IMG/VR virus record: IMGVR_UViG_3300035670_010555
Location: 1 to 64,000 of that record
DNA: 64,000 bases
Reading direction: 5' to 3' (one strand)
Origin: a virus
The notes under the pieces were generated by a model. It searched no databases. It saw nothing but the letters and a program-made list of their open reading frames with translations, and had not been told where the DNA came from. Below, piece after piece: positions 21,199-30,467 of the stretch (the first letter of the stretch is position 1; the number at the start of each line of letters is the position of its first letter). The translations under genes were made by a program, and so were the position numbers.

Positions 21199-23625
21199 TT
21201 ACGAAGAACAACCAAAACATTCAATTTCAATTCCTTCTGGTTTTGGTGGTAAATTCATGTTACTGTAATCTACTTTAGGAACTTCTACAACTGGTTTTGG
21301 TTTTTGGTTTTTCGATATATCCACCGCTAAGTGTTTTGCTCCTGTTGAAATTGCTTTAGTTCTTACATAGTAACACAATGTTTTCAACCCTTTTTCCCAC
21401 GAATGAAAGTGAGATGATGTAATCTTTGACAATGTAGGATTAGACATATAAATATTCATAGACTGTGATTGGTCAATAAATGGAGCTCTGTCCGCAGCCA
21501 TATTAATCAATTCTTTCTGTGAAATTTCCCAAATAGTTTTGTATTTCGGAATCAAGTGTTCAATTCTTTTAACTTTTTTATTGTAGTTTTTATCTTCGAC
21601 ATCAAGATACTGATTGAAGTTAATATTTTGAATTGACCCTTCATTCAAAATAATTTCATTTTTCAAATCCTCAGACCAAATACCAATCTTCTCAAAATCA
21701 TTAATCAAGTATTTGTTCACAATCATAATTTCACCACCAACAACTCGTCTATTAAATAACGCTGAGTGAGCTGGTTCGGTCATCTCAAATGAACCTGTAA
21801 TCTTAGCGGATGATGCAACTGGCATCTGAGCGGTGAACAATGAATTACAAACACCATATTCTTGAACATCTTTTTTCAATGTTTCCCAATCTAAGAATAA
21901 ATCAGAATCATTAAGACCCCACATATCAAATTGGAAAATACCTTTTGACATTGGAGAACCTTTGAAGAACTCATAAGGGGTTCTAATACCTTTCTTACAC
22001 AAATCATTACTCTCAGTAACTGCCGCGAAATAAATTGCTTCAAAGATATTCTTATTCAATGACTTAGCTTCATCCGAAGTGAAAACATAATCTAAAAGAC
22101 AAAACACATCCGCTAATCCTTGAACTCCGATTCCAATTGCTCGTTGTTCGAGACCACCCTTAAGACCTTTTTCTGTTGAATAATTGTTTTTATCAATAAC
22201 ATTATTCAACGCTCTTACAACCTTTCTTACTTCTTGGATTAATAGATTATAATCGAACTTACCATCAACAATAAAGTTTTTCAATACGATGGAAGATAGA
22301 GTACAAATCGCGGTAGTTTTTTCGTCAGTGTACTGATAAATCTCATTACATAGGTTAGATTGTTTAATCACTCCAATGTTTTGATGATTCGTTTTCTTGT
22401 TAGCACTATCCTTAGCACACAAGTAAGGAACACCCGTCTCAATTTGAGATTCAATTACCTTACTCCATACTTCTTGAGCCTTTACCTTACGACCAAGACC
22501 CATGTCAACCGCTTTTTGATAATTACTTTCGTACTCCTCACCATAACACTCTTGTAAAGGTTTGATTCCAGCTTTAATAATGTCATTCGGACAGAATAGG
22601 TACCAATCTTCATTATTCTTGACCGCCCTCATGAAGTTATCAGGAATCCATAATGCGGTAAACAAGTCTCTTGCCCTCAATTCTTCAGCACCCGTATTCT
22701 TTTTGATATCCAACAAGTCGAAAATATCTTTATGCCATGGTTCCAAATAGATTGCAGCACTACCAGGTCTTCTCCCTTGTTGATTAAAGAATCTTAATGA
22801 TTCATTAACAATCTTTAAGTACTTTAACAAACCACCAGCAAATCCACCTGAAGATGTGATTCGACTTTCTTTACTTCTGATGTTAGACATCGATAATCCA
22901 ATACCCGCAGCGTCTGATGAATATGTTGAAATATCATTCAAAGTTTTCAACAAACCATCTCTAGAGTCGGAGTTGTTGTAATGTAACACACAAGATGCCA
23001 ACTGAGGAACTTTTGTTCCTGAGTTAATCATAATTGGTGTTGCCTTGGAAATACGTTGACTTGATAACGACTCATAATATTCAACTGCCTCCTCAAAAGT
23101 ATTGGTAACCCACAAAGCCACTCTCATATACATATGTTGTGGTCTTTCGATAACTTTTCCTTGGGGAGTCTTCAATAGATACATTTCTTGCAATGATCTC
23201 CAACCAAAGTAATCAAAATTATAATCATTTTCATGATTGATAACTTCGTCAATCTTGGACGAACCATACTCTTCAATCTTTGCCATCAAATCATCGTGAA
23301 CTACACCATCAACGTGTAATGTGTGCATAACATTAGAAAAACTTGGGTCGGTCTCTTTGTGATACGATGAAATTGCGACTGATGATGCAAGTCTTGAATA
23401 GTCATAGTGACTGCCAGTATACGCCGCAGCAATTTCATACACAAGTTTATCCAACTCTTTTGTTGTTATGTTACCTTCAGTTGGTACTGATGTAATTACC
23501 TTAATGAATATTTCGTCAGAGTTTACGGTTAACCCTTTCGCAGCCCTTTTAATTCTGTTATAAATTTTTTGAGGATTGAATGCAACATCTTCCCCCCCTC
23601 TTTTTTTAATTTTTAATGACATCAT
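21199..23625 (-). CDS. nrdA: Ribonucleoside-diphosphate reductase class Ia, alpha subunit
   Basis: N-terminal ATP cone, QLASC, QSNLCNEI, TLCYYVRT and C-terminal CFGC; no intein-sized insertion. Confidence 0.97.
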   Translation of the reverse strand: MMSLKIKKRGGEDVAFNPQKIYNRIKRAAKGLTVNSDEIFIKVITSVPTEGNITTKELDKLVYEIAAAYTGSHYDYSRLASSVAISSYHKETDPSFSNVMHTLHVDGVVHDDLMAKIEEYGSSKIDEVINHENDYNFDYFGWRSLQEMYLLKTPQGKVIERPQHMYMRVALWVTNTFEEAVEYYESLSSQRISKATPIMINSGTKVPQLASCVLHYNNSDSRDGLLKTLNDISTYSSDAAGIGLSMSNIRSKESRITSSGGFAGGLLKYLKIVNESLRFFNQQGRRPGSAAIYLEPWHKDIFDLLDIKKNTGAEELRARDLFTALWIPDNFMRAVKNNEDWYLFCPNDIIKAGIKPLQECYGEEYESNYQKAVDMGLGRKVKAQEVWSKVIESQIETGVPYLCAKDSANKKTNHQNIGVIKQSNLCNEIYQYTDEKTTAICTLSSIVLKNFIVDGKFDYNLLIQEVRKVVRALNNVIDKNNYSTEKGLKGGLEQRAIGIGVQGLADVFCLLDYVFTSDEAKSLNKNIFEAIYFAAVTESNDLCKKGIRTPYEFFKGSPMSKGIFQFDMWGLNDSDLFLDWETLKKDVQEYGVCNSLFTAQMPVASSAKITGSFEMTEPAHSALFNRRVVGGEIMIVNKYLINDFEKIGIWSEDLKNEIILNEGSIQNINFNQYLDVEDKNYNKKVKRIEHLIPKYKTIWEISQKELINMAADRAPFIDQSQSMNIYMSNPTLSKITSSHFHSWEKGLKTLCYYVRTKAISTGAKHLAVDISKNQKPKPVVEVPKVDYSNMNLPPKPEGIEIECFGCSS

Positions 23626-23643
23626 AGATATAAAAGTATTAAA

Positions 23644-24591
23644 TTAAAAATCAGAATCAAATGATAACTCTTCATTTAGTTTAGCTTTTTGGTATTCCAT
23701 TGTTCTTGACTCAAAGAAGTTACCCTTTGTTTCAACTGCAATTTGTTCCATAAACTTGAATGGTTGTTCAACATTGAATTCTTTTTTACATCCAAACTTA
23801 ACCAACAATCCATCAGTAACGAATTCCAAATATTGTTTCATAAGATTGGAGTTCATACCAATAAGTGAAACAGGTAATGATTCAGTGATGAATTCTTTTT
23901 CAATCTCCAATGCAGACAATAGAATTTCTTTGATTCTTTTTTCTGATGGTTTAGTCTCCAAGTGATTATTAACCAAGTGAATTGCAAAGTCACAGTGAAG
24001 ATTCTCGTCTTTAAAAATCAAACTGTTTGCATTACACAAACCTTGCATAATACCTCTCGACTTCAACCAGAAAATTGAACAGAAAGACCCTGAAAAGAAG
24101 ATACCTTCAACCGCAGCGAATGCCACAAGTCTCTCTTGGAAGGATGCGTTTTCAATCCAATCAAGAGCCCATTTAGCCTTCTTTTGAACTGCCGGTAGAT
24201 TATCTAATGCGGTAAAACAAAGTTGTTTTTCTTTCTCATTCGAGATGTAAGTATCAATGAGTAATGAATACATCAAACTGTGGATGTTCTCCATCATCAA
24301 CTGAAATCCATAGAAAAATTTAGCTTCAGGATATTGTACTTCCTTTAAGAAATTTTCTGCAAGATTTTCATTGACAATACCATCAGAAGCAGCGAAAAAT
24401 GACAAAATATTTTTAATAAAATATTGTTCATTTTCAGTAAGATTATTCCAATCTCTAATATCGTTAGTCAAATCTACCTCTTCAGCAGTCCAAAATGCTG
24501 CTTGATGTTGTTTGTAAAATTCCCAAATATCATTGTGCTCAATGGGGAATATAACGAACCTGTTGGGATTTTCTATTAAAATTTTTTCCAT
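23644..24591 (-). CDS. nrdB: Ribonucleoside-diphosphate reductase class Ia, beta subunit
   Basis: [59 protein letters not shown]. Confidence 0.97.
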   Translation of the reverse strand: MEKILIENPNRFVIFPIEHNDIWEFYKQHQAAFWTAEEVDLTNDIRDWNNLTENEQYFIKNILSFFAASDGIVNENLAENFLKEVQYPEAKFFYGFQLMMENIHSLMYSLLIDTYISNEKEKQLCFTALDNLPAVQKKAKWALDWIENASFQERLVAFAAVEGIFFSGSFCSIFWLKSRGIMQGLCNANSLIFKDENLHCDFAIHLVNNHLETKPSEKRIKEILLSALEIEKEFITESLPVSLIGMNSNLMKQYLEFVTDGLLVKFGCKKEFNVEQPFKFMEQIAVETKGNFFESRTMEYQKAKLNEELSFDSDF

Positions 24592-24608
24592 AATTAATTG
24601 TGTGTTTT

Positions 24609-25985
24609 TTATAATTGTTGTTGTTCCTTTTGTTTTCTCTTCTCCATCAATTCTTTGACTCTGTCTCTCTTTTTCTCTTCTTGTTGTTCCTCAAATCCTA
24701 AGAACGTTACTGAACTTTCAGTATCAATTTCAAGAAGTTCATTGTTGAATTTACAGTTCTCGAATACAACTCCGTCTTTTCCAAGACGAGACTTTGTTAT
24801 CGCGATTGTCGCCAAATTCATTTCTTTCTGTTGAAGTGTTTTTGCCACCGTGATGATGACGTGTCCAACTTGGGCCTTTTTGATTGACCCACCCATTTGG
24901 TCTGTAGTAACTACCTCTGAAGAAATAGAACTTCTATTCCCTTGAGTTGCAGTCCAACCAACCAAGTTGAGTTCGTGGCACATTGCCTCAAACCCTCTCA
25001 TTACCGAACCTTCGGCTTTCCACTCATCCTTTGATGATGACTCAGGTAATACACAGTCGATATAATCTAACATAATCATATCAATTTTGTTTCCATCCGC
25101 AATCATTTTTCTAACCTGATTTTTAAGTTGGTTCATTGTCATAGTATCAGATGCCAACTTCTTCAATACAAGTTTGTTTTTCATTGTCTCTTGTATTTCA
25201 GTAATCTTAGACATTACATCTTCTCTATGTTTTGCCAACTCATCAGGTGGAATACCTGTCCATATTGTAAAATGTTTTCTTTGAACAATTTTAGGATTGT
25301 CTTCAAAGAATACCTGAAGGACATTATACCCCAAGTTGAATGCAGTATTCGCAATCTTAGTCAAGATAGTTGTCTTACCAACACCAGTTGGTGCAAGAAT
25401 TACCCCAATCTCTCCCTTGGCCAAACCACCTTTAAGTAGTTTATCAATACCTGGTATACCCATAGGTATTGGATGTCTATAGTCTTCATCCAAAACGGTA
25501 TCAAGTCCATAGAAAATATCTGTCTGTCCTTTGTCTATCTCACCTACTTGTAGTGCCTCTCTAACTAATCCCTCCACTTTATCGTAAGATTCAAAATCTC
25601 CTTGAGTGATAATTTTTTGAGCTTTATCCATAGCCTTTTGAAGTTCCTGTTGTTTACAGAATTTCAAGGCTTTTTCTTGAACAAACTGTGTTCCTTCAAA
25701 TGGAGCTTCTTTAACTTGTTTTAGGGTATCTAAAACAATTTTAGCAACCAATTCTTGAGAAACTTCAGACTTAATGATTTGTTCGAGAGTTTCGAAGTTA
25801 GGGGTTGATTCATACTTCACATAGTATTCCTTAATCATCTGTAAAAGAATTTTGAAATACTTGTTATCAAAGTATGTGGACTCGATGACATCAAGAATAG
25901 ATGATGAAAAATCTTTATCTACCACAATCTGATTCAATAACTGAATCTGGAAAGTGTTTCCTAAGTAATCGAAATTTTTGTTCAT
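24609..25985 (-). CDS. Replicative DnaB-like helicase (T4 gp41-like)
   Basis: Walker A APTGVGKT, Walker [22 protein letters not shown]. Confidence 0.92.
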   Translation of the reverse strand: MNKNFDYLGNTFQIQLLNQIVVDKDFSSSILDVIESTYFDNKYFKILLQMIKEYYVKYESTPNFETLEQIIKSEVSQELVAKIVLDTLKQVKEAPFEGTQFVQEKALKFCKQQELQKAMDKAQKIITQGDFESYDKVEGLVREALQVGEIDKGQTDIFYGLDTVLDEDYRHPIPMGIPGIDKLLKGGLAKGEIGVILAPTGVGKTTILTKIANTAFNLGYNVLQVFFEDNPKIVQRKHFTIWTGIPPDELAKHREDVMSKITEIQETMKNKLVLKKLASDTMTMNQLKNQVRKMIADGNKIDMIMLDYIDCVLPESSSKDEWKAEGSVMRGFEAMCHELNLVGWTATQGNRSSISSEVVTTDQMGGSIKKAQVGHVIITVAKTLQQKEMNLATIAITKSRLGKDGVVFENCKFNNELLEIDTESSVTFLGFEEQQEEKKRDRVKELMEKRKQKEQQQL

Positions 25986-26020
25986 ATATTTGTATTGCTC
26001 CCCTGTGTATTATTAAATAC

Positions 26021-26473
26021 TCACTTACTCAAATCAAAATCCAAATATTGATAAGATAATCTTTGTTCTGAAAAAATGTCAGTCAATTCTCTGAGAATAT
26101 CTTTCAAAAATGGTCGTACGTCAACGGTATAACGAACCTTCGGCGGAAAATATTTTCCATCAAAAATTCTATGACAAATTGTCGTGTCCCCATTCTTAAC
26201 AAAGATGTTAAAAATTTCTGGTCCATCAGTATAAGAGGTGTCCATAACTGATGGGTCATGCATGATAGATTCACTATTGTCCGTCATGTAAATAACAGTC
26301 TTCATTTTCAAATGATACTGTAGGTCATCTTTAATCTCATTAATGAGGTTATAGAATTCAATTGAGTTTTTTGCATTTGGATTGTAACCTCTAACATTAA
26401 AATACCTTTGAACAACAATGTTGTCGTTAAGGGTTAGAAGAAATTCCATTTTAGTGCTGTCTTGCTCTTTCAT
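26021..26473 (-). CDS. Hypothetical protein in the replication operon
   Basis: 150-aa ORF between the exonuclease and helicase genes. Confidence 0.75.
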   Translation of the reverse strand: MKEQDSTKMEFLLTLNDNIVVQRYFNVRGYNPNAKNSIEFYNLINEIKDDLQYHLKMKTVIYMTDNSESIMHDPSVMDTSYTDGPEIFNIFVKNGDTTICHRIFDGKYFPPKVRYTVDVRPFLKDILRELTDIFSEQRLSYQYLDFDLSK

Positions 26474-26480
26474 AAAGTTT

Positions 26481-27482
26481 TTAATTTTTGTTTGTGTTTC
26501 TTTTTTCTTTTCGTGTAAGTTTCATAAATGGTCGGAGGAAATTTACCCAAGCTTCATCGTTCTTGGGTAAGTACTTGAAGAGTCCGTCCTCCATCATCAT
26601 TCTCATCAAGTTTTTGTATCCACGGTCTGTGGGGTCTATTGTGTCTGTATGTATCTGTTCCACAAGTTCTTTACCATCATCAGTGATTAAAGGATTGTGA
26701 AGATCCACGATTTTTTTGTTTGTTTCAAAGAATTGTTCTCCAAATGTACCGCTTTTAGTTTTACCAATCAAAATGTTTTCTAACGCCTTTGGTTTTTTCT
26801 TTTGTTCGTTATTTCGTGCGTTGTCCAAGATTTCTTCGATAGTACATGGTTTCTCTAACAATTCAGGAAACAATTTGACCAAAGTCTTTTCTCCCAACAT
26901 TTCTATACCATCTATGTTATCAGACTTATCCCCTGTCATAATCTTAGTTAACAAGACGTTTTGGTGGGGTATGTTGACCTTATTGATAGTAATCATGTCT
27001 CCATACCCATAGTATTGTTTAGAGGTCGGAGAATAGATGGTTACCCGTTCTGATATAAGTTGAGTTAAGTCCTTGTCGGCAGAAAAAATTATGATTTCTT
27101 CATCGACAGACAATTTGGTATAATAAGCAATAAGGTCATCCGCCTCGTTGTTAGTCATTTCAACCTGACGCACGAATATCTCCTCAAGGTATTGTTTAAC
27201 CCGAGACTTCTGTTGAAGATATGACTCGTACTTAAACTCATTCATATCTTGACGACGATTCGCTTTGTATTGGGGATAGATAGATTTACGAATAGATGAG
27301 TTAGAGTTTCCATCCCAAAAAACCACAACCTTATCATGATTGTGTTCTTCTAAAAATTTTCTCAAGATGTTTATAAAATGGTAGATTCCACCTAAGTGGT
27401 CTCCACCATTATACAACTCCTTAACTCCATGAAATCCTATCTTGAACAGATTGTCTCCGTCCACTAATAATGTTTTAATCAC
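26481..27482 (-). CDS. 5'-3' exonuclease / flap endonuclease (T4 RNase H / PolA N-terminal-like)
   Basis: LLVDGDN, YKANR, EADDLIA, SADKDLTQL, GDKSDNIDGI..GEKT; GTG start. Confidence 0.92.
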   Translation of the reverse strand: MIKTLLVDGDNLFKIGFHGVKELYNGGDHLGGIYHFINILRKFLEEHNHDKVVVFWDGNSNSSIRKSIYPQYKANRRQDMNEFKYESYLQQKSRVKQYLEEIFVRQVEMTNNEADDLIAYYTKLSVDEEIIIFSADKDLTQLISERVTIYSPTSKQYYGYGDMITINKVNIPHQNVLLTKIMTGDKSDNIDGIEMLGEKTLVKLFPELLEKPCTIEEILDNARNNEQKKKPKALENILIGKTKSGTFGEQFFETNKKIVDLHNPLITDDGKELVEQIHTDTIDPTDRGYKNLMRMMMEDGLFKYLPKNDEAWVNFLRPFMKLTRKEKRNTNKN

Positions 27483-27511
27483 AATTCGTGATTTAAGTGT
27501 GAAATAATAAA

Positions 27512-28513
27512 CTAGTCTTCTTTTTCCTCTTTGAGGGTATAGTCACCATCGGTTCCGATAATATCTTTCCAATAGTCAGCATACTCTTTTTTGTATTTTT
27601 CCAATGAGATTTTCTCTTCAGCCGCCTCTTTACCTCCAATGAATCCGTGTGGTGTAACAATAATCTTTCCATCGTCATAACCCAATCCATTGATGTGGTT
27701 CTTCATTACTGAAACTTTTGTTCTTGACGCAAACTTAATAGTTCTTTTGTCTTTGGTCGCAGTAATCTTAGTTGTTCCCGCACCTTTTTGATTACCAAAC
27801 AAAAATACCAAAGATGAGTTTAACCAAATCGCTTCACCACCCTTAGCCTTAATTTTAGGTTGTCCAAATGGATTATCAGGAAGTTCAACCCAAGGTTGAT
27901 TAACAATAACCAAAGTGTTTTCATATTTTGAGTCAGCTTTACGAGACCCTGAAATACGTTGGTTAATACCCATTCCAATTTTATCCGCTAAAGTAGATGC
28001 ATTGTGTTGCTTTCCACCTTTTCCTTCATAAGTCATCTTACAAGGAACTGAACCAACCGAATCCCATAGGAATAACAAACTATAATCCAATTCACCTTTT
28101 TCTTGAGCATCCAACAAACTATTAATGTAGTCAGTTATTTGTTCAATATACTCAAAGTTATTATTGAATATATAAAATCCATCCCAATCCAATTCACCCG
28201 TTTCTTCATCAACAACTTCTTCACATTGGAACCCCATCAATTTGGCGTGTTCGAAACTCCATTTCTGTTCAGTAATAATGAACACAGGAAGGATACCTTT
28301 ATTCTGAGCATCAACTGCCGTTTTCACCAAAGCTGTAGTTTTACCAGTATCGGAGTGACCCAAGAACATGTTAAGATGTCCAATGGCTGGTCCAGGAAGT
28401 CCAACGGCATCCAAGAAATCAGGACCTAAGTCAAAAAATCTTTGTGGTTTATACTTTGCTGAAGTAGAAAATTTTTTCTTCAGACTTTCGAAATCGTTTT
28501 TCTTAATTGCCAT
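27512..28513 (-). CDS. uvsX: RecA/UvsX-like recombinase
   Basis: Walker A GHSDTGKT, LWDSVGS, VIVNQ, KGGEAI. Start revised to ATG 28513 (MAIKKN) because the longer start lies inside a hairpin. Confidence 0.85.
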   Translation of the reverse strand: MAIKKNDFESLKKKFSTSAKYKPQRFFDLGPDFLDAVGLPGPAIGHLNMFLGHSDTGKTTALVKTAVDAQNKGILPVFIITEQKWSFEHAKLMGFQCEEVVDEETGELDWDGFYIFNNNFEYIEQITDYINSLLDAQEKGELDYSLLFLWDSVGSVPCKMTYEGKGGKQHNASTLADKIGMGINQRISGSRKADSKYENTLVIVNQPWVELPDNPFGQPKIKAKGGEAIWLNSSLVFLFGNQKGAGTTKITATKDKRTIKFASRTKVSVMKNHINGLGYDDGKIIVTPHGFIGGKEAAEEKISLEKYKKEYADYWKDIIGTDGDYTLKEEKED

Positions 28514-28529
28514 AAGGTTAGGGAAATGA

Positions 28530-28558
28530 AACTCGGACACCATAATAGTATCCGAGTT
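28530..28558 (-). terminator. Stem-loop between SSB and recombinase genes (attenuator or stabiliser)
   Basis: AACTCGGATAC-TATTATG-GTGTCCGAGTT, 11 bp with one G-U pair; weak U-tract. Confidence 0.6.
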
Positions 28559-28569
28559 ATTTTATTTAA

Positions 28570-29418
28570 TTAGAACGGAAGGTCTCCGTCAGGTTCGTCG
28601 TTAGATTGTGGGTCTACATATGTAGATTTTTTGGAACCTCCACCGAATGATTCGGTCTCAACTGAACTGTCACCATAAACGTAACCACCTTTGTCTGAGT
28701 CCCACTTAGGAGTTTCTCCTCTTGCGATTGCCTCAAGGTAATCAACAGGTTTTTTGGAATAAACATCCAACCATGTCAACTCATCTTCCATCCAAGCCTT
28801 TGCTTGTTGTTTATCTTCATGTACTGGTGTTGGGTCATCATACATAATAGTTGAAACTGTTGTGTATTCTTTACCCTTTGGAGTTTTTGCTTTAGCAAGT
28901 TCAATGACTAAGTCACGTCCTTTTTCAGGGTCAGTAATGTCCCCTTTGTTTCTCCAAATAGGAATGATTTTGTCAAGGATACCATCATTCTTAAAGTTGT
29001 GTTTGAATCTCCAAAACTTTGGACCGTCTTCCTCGTGGTCTCTGTCAATTACCTTTACGATATAGAATTTTCGTGAACGATACTGAGCTGCTAATAATTT
29101 GTCAGACTCTTTACCTGTAGACATCAATTCTTCGTAAACCTCATTCAAAGGTGAACGTTCGTTGTCATTTTTTCCCGGATCGTAGAATTTCTGCCACTGC
29201 CCACCCACTTGAATTTCGTGATACCACGCCTCTTTGAATGGTGAGGATCCATCTGGTGTAGGGAGAATTCTAACTCTTCTCTGTCCTGATTTCTCTTTGT
29301 CTCCTAAGATTAAAGCGAAATACTTTTTCATTCTTTCGTCTTGCGACATTTTCGATTGGGCCCCGCCCCCTTGCTGATTTTTTTCGTACTGTGCCAATAC
29401 GGCGTCTAATGAACTCAT
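28570..29418 (-). CDS. Single-stranded DNA-binding protein (T4 gp32-like)
   Basis: RVRILP, FYIVKVIDR, DITDPEKGRDL, acidic C-terminal tail ending DGDLPF. Confidence 0.85.
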   Translation of the reverse strand: MSSLDAVLAQYEKNQQGGGAQSKMSQDERMKKYFALILGDKEKSGQRRVRILPTPDGSSPFKEAWYHEIQVGGQWQKFYDPGKNDNERSPLNEVYEELMSTGKESDKLLAAQYRSRKFYIVKVIDRDHEEDGPKFWRFKHNFKNDGILDKIIPIWRNKGDITDPEKGRDLVIELAKAKTPKGKEYTTVSTIMYDDPTPVHEDKQQAKAWMEDELTWLDVYSKKPVDYLEAIARGETPKWDSDKGGYVYGDSSVETESFGGGSKKSTYVDPQSNDEPDGDLPF

Positions 29419-29455
29419 AGTTTTTTTTAAGAATTAAAATGATAAATTATATAAA

Positions 29456-29486
29456 CAAAGATAAGTAAAAGTAAGAATAAGTCAAA
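29456..29486 (-). promoter_or_regulatory. Bacteroidota-type primary sigma promoter TTTG-N19-TATCTTTG
   Basis: -33 TTTG at 29483-29486, 19-nt spacer, -7 TAnnTTTG at 29456-29463; heads the replication operon. Confidence 0.75.
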
Positions 29487-29512
29487 TAAAAAAGGTACCC
29501 GAAGGTACCTTT
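29487..29512 (-). terminator. Intrinsic terminator with a cUUCGg tetraloop
   Basis: AAAGGTACC-TTCG-GGTACCTTT followed by more T on the minus strand. Confidence 0.88.
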
Positions 29513-29530
29513 CAAACGTTTCGTTCAGTT

Positions 29531-30208
29531 TTATCTGAATGAAGTTTTGTAAACTTCATTATCCATTCCTCCACCAGGTTGGAAGGAATTTTTAATGTCA
29601 TTTACATTAATATCAGTAACTTCGTCCGCAGTTAAAACATAATCATTTTTTCCGGTCTTTTCCATTTCTTCTGACTTATCATCAAAAAATTGTGAAAGTT
29701 TTTGACTAAATGGATAAGAGTCATATGTTCTCAACTCTAACTTTTCTTGTGGAGTTTTTTCTCTATATTTTTCAATCTTATTTTCAAGAGAGTTAAGTTT
29801 GTTCATAATGTTATCCATCTCACCTAACTTAGATTGTAAATCATTAAGTTGGTTAAATAAGTTATTGAAATACTCTTCTTGTTTGGTTTCAATATTTTTT
29901 TGTGAATCAACTAATTCAGTAATGTCTAATTCTTCAGACCCTGATTCGTCTCCTCCTTCTTGTGATTCACCTTCATCATCAATCTTCTCAACATCAGGAT
30001 CTGAATCAACATCGATAGGTTGTGGTTCAGTTGTTGGCGCTGGTGGAGGTGTTGCCTCTGCAGGCGCAGGCGCAGCTTCTGCTCCAGGTATTGGAGCCAA
30101 TGCCCCTAATGCATCGTCTTCAGGCGTTGCTCCCACTTGTTCTAAAATATACTGATTGATTTTTCTATGTCTTTCAATCTCCTTGATAATTTTTTTATCT
30201 AAACTCAT
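29531..30208 (-). CDS. Acidic/Pro-rich coiled-coil protein (possible head scaffold or internal protein)
   Basis: Low-complexity PA/DE-rich linker followed by a heptad coiled coil. Confidence 0.7.
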   Translation of the reverse strand: MSLDKKIIKEIERHRKINQYILEQVGATPEDDALGALAPIPGAEAAPAPAEATPPPAPTTEPQPIDVDSDPDVEKIDDEGESQEGGDESGSEELDITELVDSQKNIETKQEEYFNNLFNQLNDLQSKLGEMDNIMNKLNSLENKIEKYREKTPQEKLELRTYDSYPFSQKLSQFFDDKSEEMEKTGKNDYVLTADEVTDINVNDIKNSFQPGGGMDNEVYKTSFR

Positions 30209-30211
30209 TGG

Positions 30212-30436
30212 TTAACCATTTAATAATGTTTTTATTCCGTTAGCGGTTTCTACTCTAACCTTTCTGTTGGCTGTAGTTTGATGACCTGCTCTTTCGATAA
30301 GACCGTCTCTTTCTCTCACTGTGTAACAATCACCTGTATCCAAGTCACAAACTTGTTTAGTTCCATCTCCGTTGTCTTCCTGTGAAAATCTTACAGATTT
30401 ACCAAGATAATTGTCTAATGCTGATTTAATGTTCAT
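30212..30436 (-). CDS. Small hypothetical protein (74 aa)
   Basis: Start revised to ATG 30436 (MNIKSALDNY), downstream of the hub stop and of a TATTTATA box. Confidence 0.7.
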   Translation of the reverse strand: MNIKSALDNYLGKSVRFSQEDNGDGTKQVCDLDTGDCYTVRERDGLIERAGHQTTANRKVRVETANGIKTLLNG

Positions 30437-30449
30437 AAGAATCTTTTTA

Positions 30450-30457
30450 TATAAATA
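30450..30457 (-). promoter_or_regulatory. Putative late-promoter box TATTTATA
   Basis: 13 nt upstream of ATG 30436. Confidence 0.55.
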
Positions 30458-30467
30458 TGTTACTATG

